DNA of 64,000 bases from an uncultured bacterium (GTDB taxonomy: Bacteria > Auribacterota > Erginobacteria > Erginobacterales > Erginobacteraceae). Both the position numbers and the translations under genes were made by a program. Shown here one piece after another: positions 10,643 to 18,989 of the stretch; position 1 is the first letter of the stretch, and every line of letters begins with the position of its first letter. The stretch is from positions 32,001 through 96,000 of the forward strand of contig CAWGIE010000031.1 in NCBI GenBank assembly GCA_963822585.1, given 5' to 3'. Under the pieces are notes generated by a model, which did no database searches, was not told where the DNA came from, and worked only from the letters and a program-made list of their open reading frames with translations.

Positions 10643-10699
10643 TGTAGCTGAGGTCGATGACCTCGGCTCTGTCTTCCGCGGTCAACGACCGCGGCTACA
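10643..10699. repeat. Inverted REP doublet (GTAG-type, REPIN-like)
   Basis: tgtagctgaggtcgatgacctcgg (10643-10666) faces the reverse complement tgtagccgcggtcgttgaccgcgg (10676-10699); 20/24 identical, each with an internal palindrome. Confidence 0.7.
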
Positions 10700-10707
10700 A
10701 CACCATG

Positions 10708-12024
10708 CTACAAGCACATGGTTACTGGGTTTACCGGATGTTTCCGCAACCGGTAGGACTGGACGAAGGCGACACAACCCAGTCCTATCCAGAGTGTCCT
10801 TTCTCCCAGAATCCCCCCGGTCAATCCGTAAAAAACGAAGACAGACATAAGACCCAGCATTACCGCGTTCCCTATCCCCTCGGGTTCTGAAGACGCGAGC
10901 CTCCATCCCCGTTCCATTAACTTCCAGATTGACGCCAGAAAAAGCACTAATCCGATAATCCCAAACTCCACCAGTATCTGAAAATACATCTGATGAGGGA
11001 CCAAAGGCTTAACTGAATCAAAAGTATATGTATCCCGGATCGCCTCAATCGATCGACCAAGTCCAAGACCGGTAAAAACATAACGATCCCCTTCTCGGAT
11101 ATAGTCAGACCATATCTCCCGACGCAGCGACCATTTGCTCTTTTTAACATTCTCCACCGACAACCTCCCCGACATCGTTTTGAATATAGAACCGGGAAGA
11201 AACGCCGCAGAGGCAATGAGAAGAAAGATAATCGCCATCGCCCAGCGGAATTTCTTAATCAAGGGAAGATAGAATGTAACAACTATACCCCCGCAAGCGA
11301 AAGCAACCAATGTATTGCGGGAGACCGCAGCCAACATTCCATAAACTCCCACCAGGAGACAAATAACACTTAATCCTTTTTTCCTCAAACCGATTCCGGA
11401 CTGGAGGAAAACAGATAGATTCAGGAAAAAGCATAACAGCCCCGCCAACCCCAGTGAGTTCGGGTTAAGAAATCCCCCGGTAGCTCGGGTAAAGTCCTGG
11501 ATCGCGTCAATGGTCCTATGACCTCCCAGAAGAACAGAGCCTACGTAGCCCAGACCATAGGCGAGAGAAAAGAGAACAAATTCCTCCCGGTTTTTTAAAA
11601 GAGAACTGAGAGCATAAGCAAAGAGAACAAAGAGAAAAATACGCGCCACCGCGATTCCACGTGTGCCGCCGGCAAGATAATAACCGGCCTGGGTATATAA
11701 AACTCCGGTATACTCGAAAGTAAACTCACCGGGATGGAAAAAAAGATAGCAAACAGCGGTATGAACCAGCATGAAGAAGACGAAAAGATTATAGGGAAGA
11801 GGAAAAGGTCGAATTCTTTGCCTGCCTAATATTAACCAGTAAATGACTAAAGCCGCGGCGAAGACGGGAAAGAGCTTGGAAAGATTGAAATCAGAGACCT
11901 TCTGCAAACCCGGTCCCCAGGAAGCAAAAAATCCCGCACCGAGGAGAAGAAAGACCCGGATCGGCGCGGGCTCCCAGGTTCCCGCTTCTGTTTCTTTGAA
12001 TCCATTTTCAATCTTGGAAGCCAT
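10708..12024 (-). CDS. O-antigen polymerase/ligase family protein (Wzy-like)
   Basis: About 11 TM segments; NPNSLG, SRN, RREIW...GLGLG, PHQMYFQILVEFGIIG (Wzy_C-type motifs); in an operon with a flippase and GT4s. Confidence 0.8.
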   Translation of the reverse strand: MASKIENGFKETEAGTWEPAPIRVFLLLGAGFFASWGPGLQKVSDFNLSKLFPVFAAALVIYWLILGRQRIRPFPLPYNLFVFFMLVHTAVCYLFFHPGEFTFEYTGVLYTQAGYYLAGGTRGIAVARIFLFVLFAYALSSLLKNREEFVLFSLAYGLGYVGSVLLGGHRTIDAIQDFTRATGGFLNPNSLGLAGLLCFFLNLSVFLQSGIGLRKKGLSVICLLVGVYGMLAAVSRNTLVAFACGGIVVTFYLPLIKKFRWAMAIIFLLIASAAFLPGSIFKTMSGRLSVENVKKSKWSLRREIWSDYIREGDRYVFTGLGLGRSIEAIRDTYTFDSVKPLVPHQMYFQILVEFGIIGLVLFLASIWKLMERGWRLASSEPEGIGNAVMLGLMSVFVFYGLTGGILGERTLWIGLGCVAFVQSYRLRKHPVNPVTMCL

Positions 12025-12236
12025 CTTAATCTATTTTGGATTTTTCACCTTTACTTTAATCTGTAATAGGAATCCGTTCAAATCTTGGTTTTGCAACTGG
12101 GGGAGCGGCTTCCAGCCGTGATTATCTGGGCAAGACCCGTAAAGTGATTCTATCTCCTCAGGTTAAAATGCTCATCCCACAGATATTTTTAAAAATTCCA
12201 AAGCCGGAACTTAGCCCTCGCTAGGGGCAACTTTTC

Positions 12237-12305
12237 ATCTTAGGAAAGCAGGAAATTAGGAAAATTTTACTTGTTTATCCTCATGCATTCCTGATTTCCT
12301 AAGAT
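12237..12305. repeat. Intergenic inverted repeat built from AGGAAA units
   Basis: atcttaggaaagcaggaa ... ttcctgatttcctaagat, 17/18 complementary. Confidence 0.6.
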
Positions 12306-12329
12306 TTATTGAAATTCCAAAGCAGCAAG

Positions 12330-13385
12330 TTAATAGTCCAATTCCGGCATTTTCAGGCCGGGCAGCCCCAAGGCATCCACCAAATGGAGATACTCAGGCC
12401 AGAAATGACCCTGGTGCCAGTTCAGGCAGGGATCAAAATATCCCGGGCAGTTAAAAATCGCTCGAGGTTGAAATGTGTAACTGATCTCGCAGAAGACGGG
12501 CTCATTCTCCGGCGTGAATAGGAAGTCGTAGGACATCGACTGAAACTTCAACTCCCGGGAAACTTTAAAAGCAATCTCCACACAGCGAAGATCGACCTTC
12601 CCCAGGTCATAATCAATCATCCCGCTTCCGGAAGCACGAAAATCATCCGCCCGGGTTAAGCGACGGAAGATAAAGGCCCTATCGCCGATTACGGTTACAC
12701 GGGTATCAAATTTATTTCCCGGAAGAAATTTTTGAAAAAGTATATAATTTTTATGAACCTGCCAGAAGGGCGAGACATCATAGCCTTTCCATCGTCGATA
12801 AAAATTTCCTCCCAGGTGATGCAGTTCGCGATAGAAGCTGAAGTGCCGGAAACGGATACTTCCGGGATGAAAGAACTTTTCCGGGTATATGCCTCGCCCG
12901 AACATTCTTTCGATCAACTTAAAAGCCCGGCGCCTGGTTTTAACAAGAATAACATTCTGAGAACCGGCACCGCCGCGGAGTTTAAAGACCAGGGGATAAT
13001 CCGCCTTTTTGGCCCATTCGCACGCTTTCTCCCGTTGCCAGAATATATAAGTCTGAACAATCGGAAAACCCAGCGGCTTGAGAAGAAGGTATTGCCTGAC
13101 TTTGTCGTCGTAGTGCCAGCAAGTATTCTGATCGGGGAAACACTTAATTTGCAGTTTTCCTTCAATTACGGGTAAGAGGTCACGGGCGATCTGACGATCG
13201 GAATCCACCTGGCTCCAACGAAGAATAAAGAGATCAAGCGCTTGGACTTTTTTCCAGAAGTTGGGGTCTTCCGCTTCCAGAAGGAGAAACCGGATCTTGT
13301 TATACGCAAGAATTTCCTCGTAAGCCCTGTTTACGGCAAGATATTTGCCGTTATGATCTACAGTTTTATAAATACCTACTTGCAT
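12330..13385 (-). CDS. ATP-grasp ligase (RimK/TupA-like)
   Basis: PLVFKLRGGAGSQNV, LFQKFLPGNKFDTRV, DFRASGSG, SYDFL, FCEIS. Confidence 0.85.
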   Translation of the reverse strand: MQVGIYKTVDHNGKYLAVNRAYEEILAYNKIRFLLLEAEDPNFWKKVQALDLFILRWSQVDSDRQIARDLLPVIEGKLQIKCFPDQNTCWHYDDKVRQYLLLKPLGFPIVQTYIFWQREKACEWAKKADYPLVFKLRGGAGSQNVILVKTRRRAFKLIERMFGRGIYPEKFFHPGSIRFRHFSFYRELHHLGGNFYRRWKGYDVSPFWQVHKNYILFQKFLPGNKFDTRVTVIGDRAFIFRRLTRADDFRASGSGMIDYDLGKVDLRCVEIAFKVSRELKFQSMSYDFLFTPENEPVFCEISYTFQPRAIFNCPGYFDPCLNWHQGHFWPEYLHLVDALGLPGLKMPELDY

Positions 13386-13488
13386 TCTTATTCTCTTTTA
13401 CTTTTGGACTTAGTTTCTCAACTCTTTTTGCCACAAAGGCACTAAGGCACAAAGAAAAAAATTAATGGTCCAAAAACTGCGCTTCTTC

Positions 13489-14637
13489 TTATTGTCTTAG
13501 TGTCTTTGTGGCTGATTTACTCTTCAGGATTGTTATCAAAGCTTCCCGATGGGACTCGCACCGGATGTAATTTAGCTGTTTACAGTAAGATCGACTCGAT
13601 CGGAAGATCCGGGGGAACCCGAGCTTATTATTGACCCTGCTGAGGAAATTTCCGTATCCCTGGAGACCGTTGAGGTACTGGACCTCCATCTTCCGGCAGT
13701 ACTCATCCCACCGGCCCCGGAGTGCGTTATCATCATTTAATACTCCCGATCGTTCAGCGATTTCAGACAGGAAAGCCTTTACCTCTTCCTTCCCTATCCT
13801 GCGTACACCGGGAATCGGTGGAGACTGGACATGAGGAACCAGCTCCAGTCTGGCTTTTCCAGGCACCTCAACATCAATGACCACTAAAAAACCCCGGTTC
13901 CAATCCGGAGAGGAGACAGGAAGATCAAAGAGGAGGTTCCCCTGCCCGTAAATCAGGAAAGAGCCTCGGTAATCTTCCCAGCATCCGGGGCAGTGGGTGT
14001 GCTGGCAGATAACGGCGTTTGCCCCGCTTTCGGCCAGGAAGCGGCAGATCTCCCGCAGTCGCGGCGGAGGGAATGGATAATGCTCCGCTCCCGCGTGGAG
14101 GAGAACTACCAGGTAATCCCATTCTCCGGAGTGAATCTTCAGATCTCGGAGAAAGTTAACCAGGTCGAGAGGATTTGCTCCGGGCGAAGATTCACCCGCT
14201 ATCGAGAACTCGTGCTCTGCCATTCCGGCAAACGCGATCTTTATACCGTCAAACTTCAAAACCTGGATTTCTCGAGCCGCCGCTACGTCTATACCGGCTC
14301 CGATGGTGGAAATCCCATGAGAACGGCATGCCTCCCGAGTACTTTTCAGACCACAGGCTCCATGATCCATTATGTGATTGTTGGCGAGATTCAGGATATT
14401 AATCCCTGCTTCTTTCAAACCTGAAATAACCCCGGTCGGCACTCCCAGAACAGGGCCGATCTTGGAGATCGGAGTCTCTTTTTCGATCAATGGAACTTCC
14501 AGATTAATCACGGAGCAGTCCGCCTCCCTGAAGACCGGGAGAAGATCATGAAAGAGCGCTTCAGCGTCTCCCCGAAGAGAAGGAGCCTCGTTAACTCCAA
14601 TCGGACAAAAATCTCCACCGATTACTATCTTAATCAT
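13489..14637 (-). CDS. CapA/PGA_cap family metallophosphoesterase-fold protein
   Basis: GGDFCP, NLEVP, NLANNHIMDHG, LHAGAE, QHTH, YGQGN. Confidence 0.88.
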   Translation of the reverse strand: MIKIVIGGDFCPIGVNEAPSLRGDAEALFHDLLPVFREADCSVINLEVPLIEKETPISKIGPVLGVPTGVISGLKEAGINILNLANNHIMDHGACGLKSTREACRSHGISTIGAGIDVAAAREIQVLKFDGIKIAFAGMAEHEFSIAGESSPGANPLDLVNFLRDLKIHSGEWDYLVVLLHAGAEHYPFPPPRLREICRFLAESGANAVICQHTHCPGCWEDYRGSFLIYGQGNLLFDLPVSSPDWNRGFLVVIDVEVPGKARLELVPHVQSPPIPGVRRIGKEEVKAFLSEIAERSGVLNDDNALRGRWDEYCRKMEVQYLNGLQGYGNFLSRVNNKLGFPRIFRSSRSYCKQLNYIRCESHREALITILKSKSATKTLRQ

Positions 14638-14707
14638 AGGTAAACCTGTTGGTTCAGGAGGCTGTTAAAAAAACTGAATATTGAACATCCTACTTCAAAC
14701 ATCGCAT

Positions 14708-14808
14708 CTATCAACTGTCACCTGTCAACTTACCTTCCCCGTAAACCGTCTTTCCTGTCAACTATCAACCGTCAACCGTCAACTTTCCTTCCCCCGTCAA
14801 CCATCAAC
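14708..14808. repeat. Heptamer tandem repeats (consensus about CTGTCAA) in two blocks, overlapping the methyltransferase stop codon
   Basis: ctatcaactgtcacctgtcaact...ctgtcaactatcaaccgtcaaccgtcaact...cgtcaaccatcaac. Confidence 0.65.
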
Positions 14809-15534
14809 TTTCTTACAGACATAGATCAGATTCTGACCGAGATACGTGAGAAACCTTAATCGGGAGAGGAAAAACTCCGTCCTCCGCAATAATTTACGCG
14901 GCAGCAGAAGACGGCTCTCTGTGGCCGGGAGGACCCCGAAATGAAAAACATCTCTAACGGCAAGGCCGTTCATCGATATCAGCCGTATCGTCTCCTCGGG
15001 GGACATTCCCTTAAAACCCTTCCGGCCGCCGGTCCGGGCCAGGCGATTACGGAAACTTGCCGTATTTTTGTGGTTATTGAAGACCAGTATCCCCCCGGGG
15101 GCGAAGTGCCGGGTAATCACCTCCATGGCTTTCTCTCTCAGTTTTACCTGAGCATTCGGGAAAAAACGAAAGGCGGTGATAAGGTCAAAAACCCGGTCTC
15201 CCAGCACATCTTCTCGCGTCAGATCGGCTTCGATGATCTCTGCCCCGGTGACCGTCTCCCGCGCCACCTCCAGCATTGAAGGTGAGAGGTCAACCCCGAC
15301 CGATACCCCCACCCGATTGGCCAGATATTTTAGAACCCTGCCTGTTCCGCAGGCAAAGTCCAAATGTCGAAACGCATTTCTTCGCTCGTGCCCGGCTAGA
15401 ATCCGATCAAGTACGCCCCGTTCATGTTCCCAGACAAGAGAACGATAGGGTTGGTCCGAAAATTGGTGGTGATACGACCGGCCTTTGCCGGGGACCAGGT
15501 GGCTAAGCCGGTAATCTGACTTAATATCATTCAT
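14797..15534 (-). CDS. Class I SAM-dependent methyltransferase
   Basis: LDFACGTG, GVDLSPSML, FDLITAFRF; start overlaps the kinase stop (TGATG). Confidence 0.9.
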   Translation of the reverse strand: MNDIKSDYRLSHLVPGKGRSYHHQFSDQPYRSLVWEHERGVLDRILAGHERRNAFRHLDFACGTGRVLKYLANRVGVSVGVDLSPSMLEVARETVTGAEIIEADLTREDVLGDRVFDLITAFRFFPNAQVKLREKAMEVITRHFAPGGILVFNNHKNTASFRNRLARTGGRKGFKGMSPEETIRLISMNGLAVRDVFHFGVLPATESRLLLPRKLLRRTEFFLSRLRFLTYLGQNLIYVCKKVDG

Positions 15535-16310
15535 CAGTAAGTTAATCTCCCAAGCCGCAGTTCATTGATAAAGATTCGCGCCAGGCGGTGACTGAGAAAG
15601 AGAAGAGGCCGTTCGCGTCGATTGGCATTCGCTCTTCGGAGGGGGCGCTTGAATGAGAAGAAACGGTCAGCGTAATCGGCAAGAACAGCGGCCCGGGGCG
15701 CATCCGGGGAAGCCCGATAATAGCCCCCCAGGAAAGAACGGGCAACCGAGATCGGTTCCCGGGCCAGGAGATGATGGAGGGTGGGACGGTAAAACAGATT
15801 GTTGATGAACCAGAGCAGGTCAAAACAGGGAGTCCCCCAGGTCGCCCGGCCGCCGTGAACACCCGTCATCTGCCAGTCGATAATGACGAGACGCCCCTCT
15901 TTATCCCGGCATATATTGTAAACGCTGAAGTCCCCGTGCAGAAAGACCTCCCGGCCAGGCAGGACCAGCGGCCTCGGGAGAGGTTCCACCATATCCTCCG
16001 GGAGGATGAGTTCTCTATGAATAACGGCGAGAGCTTCTCCGAGGAGCGTTGCAGCCTCCCGATAAGCCGGGCCGAAGGCGAAGGCCTCCCGGTAGGGAAT
16101 GAGGCCGTCGATCTTTTCGAAGACCGTCACCCCCCGGTCCGGATCAAACTCAATCACCCGGGGAACCCGGAAGAGTCCGCTATCCCGTCCGATCATCCCC
16201 CCCCGCCGGGTCTTTTCCACCTCTACCCGGACAAGACCCGGTTCCCCGGTTTTAATCACTGTATCATGGTTGATTGTTACCGAGTCTGTCGTCAAGCCTG
16301 TCCCCCCCAT
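15534..16310 (-). CDS. Aminoglycoside-phosphotransferase/kinase-like protein
   Basis: Catalytic loop LHGDFSVYNI and metal-binding IIDW. Confidence 0.8.
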   Translation of the reverse strand: MGGTGLTTDSVTINHDTVIKTGEPGLVRVEVEKTRRGGMIGRDSGLFRVPRVIEFDPDRGVTVFEKIDGLIPYREAFAFGPAYREAATLLGEALAVIHRELILPEDMVEPLPRPLVLPGREVFLHGDFSVYNICRDKEGRLVIIDWQMTGVHGGRATWGTPCFDLLWFINNLFYRPTLHHLLAREPISVARSFLGGYYRASPDAPRAAVLADYADRFFSFKRPLRRANANRRERPLLFLSHRLARIFINELRLGRLTY

Positions 16311-17599
16311 TTTCTGCGTTTAAAAAGAGTGAACATATAGCTGATATCCTGCCGCCGCGGAACCAATATCTCACTAAAATTAAGACCGCTCAAGCGGGAG
16401 AACCAGAACAGCAGAACAACAGCACCCGACAGGTATCCCGCGGTCACCGCGACCGCCGCGCCGGGGAGGCCCATAAACGGAAGAAGAAGCAGCAGCAACC
16501 CCAGGTTGACGATCATCCCGGTCCCGACGCCGATCGACGCGATGCCGGGGTGGTCGGTTCCGATCAGGTAGGGGACAAAGACCTTGGAGACAGACCGCAC
16601 TAACACTCCGATACTGATGATCCGGATCAGCGGGACCACCGGCAGGAAGGCGGGAGAGAAAACGATTCCCACCAGCGGCCGGGCGAAGACGACAAGCAGG
16701 AGAAGCCCGGCTCCGCAGATCAGTCCGGTCAGGCGGGCGCTCCTGGCTACCAGACTCTTTTCCCCCTCCCGGTCCCGGGCGGACCGCGGGATCAGAACAA
16801 GAGTAAGAGTATCGGGGATAATCAGCACCTGGATGGTGACCTGCATGGCGACGGCGAAAAAGGCTATCTCTTCCCGGGTGGCGAAGAGAGCGAGAATCAG
16901 GGTGCCGAACTGAATGTTTGCCATGTTGCTGATCTTGGCAACGTAATATCGGACCCCGTAATGCAGCATCTCCTTGATCTGGACAAGGGAGGGGCGTCGC
17001 AGCAGAGCGCCGTCCTTTTTGCGGAAAAGGATGAGCGTTATGGCAATGGTGATACTCCCGGTTGCCAGAATCGCGCCCAGGGCCCCGTTTACTCCCCCAT
17101 CCAGAACCCTGACAAAGAAAAACACAAAAATGAGCTGAGCGACACCCTGCATGACCGATACCAGCGCGTATTGTGAATAACGCCGGACGGCGGTCAGGAG
17201 TTTGAGCAAGACGAGAGAGAAGAGATTGACCGGGATCAGAATAAGAGCAAGATGAAAGGAAGCGGGAGAAGCTTTCTCCAGGAACGGGAGCCCGGTGTAG
17301 AGCAGCCCAAAACCGGCGAGCATGGCTGCCGCCGATCCCAGTCCTCCATAGATAAGGATATTGGTTATTCCTTGCGAAACGTCGAACCTGCGAGAGGCGA
17401 CAAAATAGATGCCGGCCACATCACACCCCACCACAAAGATGGTGGTAAGTAAGGCCGAGTACATGAGGCAAACGGCATACGACCCACGTCCCGCCGGCCC
17501 CAGAAACCAGGCCAGACAACTCTGCATCCCGAGGGAAGTGACTATGGTAGCCGCCCGCGCCGCGAATGTAAATGAAAAGTCATGAAGGCCGTTCTTCAA
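16292..17599 (-). CDS. wzx: Oligosaccharide flippase (Wzx/MATE-like)
   Basis: 12-13 TM segments, N-terminal AWFLGPAGRGSYA; polysaccharide operon context. Confidence 0.85.
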   Translation of the reverse strand: MKNGLHDFSFTFAARAATIVTSLGMQSCLAWFLGPAGRGSYAVCLMYSALLTTIFVVGCDVAGIYFVASRRFDVSQGITNILIYGGLGSAAAMLAGFGLLYTGLPFLEKASPASFHLALILIPVNLFSLVLLKLLTAVRRYSQYALVSVMQGVAQLIFVFFFVRVLDGGVNGALGAILATGSITIAITLILFRKKDGALLRRPSLVQIKEMLHYGVRYYVAKISNMANIQFGTLILALFATREEIAFFAVAMQVTIQVLIIPDTLTLVLIPRSARDREGEKSLVARSARLTGLICGAGLLLLVVFARPLVGIVFSPAFLPVVPLIRIISIGVLVRSVSKVFVPYLIGTDHPGIASIGVGTGMIVNLGLLLLLLPFMGLPGAAVAVTAGYLSGAVVLLFWFSRLSGLNFSEILVPRRQDISYMFTLFKRRKWGGQA

Positions 17600-17618
17600 A
17601 ATAGGTTAATGACCCGAC

Positions 17619-18881
17619 TCACATTTCCGCCGGTTTCGATTCCCCCGGATCCGCCTGCCATCCGAGATAAACTCTTTTCCCATGGGCCTTCCGGTTCTTT
17701 CGATCACTAAGATGGATATACATCTCATATGGGATGGGCTGAGCCTCGACTTCTTCCGAGATGAGCACGAATCCGCCGCTGTGCCAATCTCCGGTGGGGG
17801 GGAAGGGAGGGAATGACCATCTCTCGCTCTTCTTCCCTTGTTCCCGTCGCTTTTTAGATATAAATTCACGATGGTTCTCGTCTGCTATGCCTACGAGGGT
17901 GATCAGACAATCCGTCTCGATGGGCCGGTTGACCCGGAAGAGGCAATCAACCCGGTAGCGATTCACCCCGATTTGGTTGTAGTCGAAGGCGACGAGATCA
18001 GCTTCCGGGCAGATCGCGCCCAGGAGAGGATGCTCTTTGAGCAGTTCGGCGGCTTTCTTCTTGAAAGCGTTCCGGGCAGCGGGAATATTCTGGCAATCTC
18101 CTTCCAGGCGATAGAGATCGATCAGATGATCGGCCTGCCGGATGCGGTCGAGAAGGCTGCTCTCCTCCAGCCCGGACCGCCAGCCAAGGGGGACCATTTT
18201 TCCGTAAATCGCCGGCTTGCGGGCCGGATTATATAAATACATCGACATCTCATACGGGATGGCGGCTGACGGGAACGTCTGGGAAAAGAGCAGGTACTGA
18301 CCGGGGACCCAGGCCGAGGAGGACGGCGACGGCCTGAACTTCCAGACCTCGCTTTTTTCCCCGGCCTGGCGCCGTTTTGCCGAGAGTCGATCGCGATATT
18401 CCGGTGCGGTCACCCCGATCAAACCGATCTGAAGGTCGCTCGGTAGCCTTCGGTTGATCTTCAGAAGGTAATCGGCGCGGTACCGATCGAGACCTACCCT
18501 CCGGTAATCGAAAGCGATGAGCTCGACCTCTTCGCAGGGATCGGTGAGAGGAGGCTGCTCCGATAGGAGTTCTCCCCAGCGTTTCTCCAATGCGTCTTTG
18601 ACCGCCACGAATCCCTCCCCCTTCCGGAGGTATTTTTCCTTCATCCGGTAGAGAGTAATGAGATCATTGACGGCCCCGATGCCAGCAACCGAGGCCTCGT
18701 CAGCCAAAGAGACATCGCTCCGGATAGCAGGGGATTCGGTTGTCTCTTCAGGAGTTCGTGAACAGGCGCTTGAGCTTACGAATAGGGCGATCCCCGATAG
18801 TAAAAATCCTGTTCTCCCGCGAAAAACGATTCGGCGATACACATCACACCTCTCACAAAATGAATGAACCGGCTTGTACAC
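17619..18881 (-). CDS. Putative lipoprotein with two internal repeats (paralog of 6892..8052)
   Basis: Hydrophobic signal ending VSSSA-C. Two copies of CxE(V/A)(E/D)L(I/V)AFDYxx(V/I)GxxRYRxD...SExWxF...IPYEM...GKxVxLGW. Confidence 0.7.
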   Translation of the reverse strand: MYKPVHSFCERCDVYRRIVFRGRTGFLLSGIALFVSSSACSRTPEETTESPAIRSDVSLADEASVAGIGAVNDLITLYRMKEKYLRKGEGFVAVKDALEKRWGELLSEQPPLTDPCEEVELIAFDYRRVGLDRYRADYLLKINRRLPSDLQIGLIGVTAPEYRDRLSAKRRQAGEKSEVWKFRPSPSSSAWVPGQYLLFSQTFPSAAIPYEMSMYLYNPARKPAIYGKMVPLGWRSGLEESSLLDRIRQADHLIDLYRLEGDCQNIPAARNAFKKKAAELLKEHPLLGAICPEADLVAFDYNQIGVNRYRVDCLFRVNRPIETDCLITLVGIADENHREFISKKRREQGKKSERWSFPPFPPTGDWHSGGFVLISEEVEAQPIPYEMYIHLSDRKNRKAHGKRVYLGWQADPGESKPAEM

Positions 18882-18989
18882 ATGTTCTCAGAAGGAGAAT
18901 TGCCTGTACTGTATACAAACCCCCGGTGTGAGTCAATCATCCTCTCCCCGCGGCGGCAACGGGGATGGGCGACCCGTACTGCAGCGCGC

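Noticed and set aside
13489..14637. Poly-gamma-glutamate capsule operon
   Set aside because: No capB or capC in the window; the context is a Wzx/Wzy polysaccharide operon.
14708..14808. CRISPR array
   Set aside because: The units are 7 bp with no unique spacers, and no cas genes are present.
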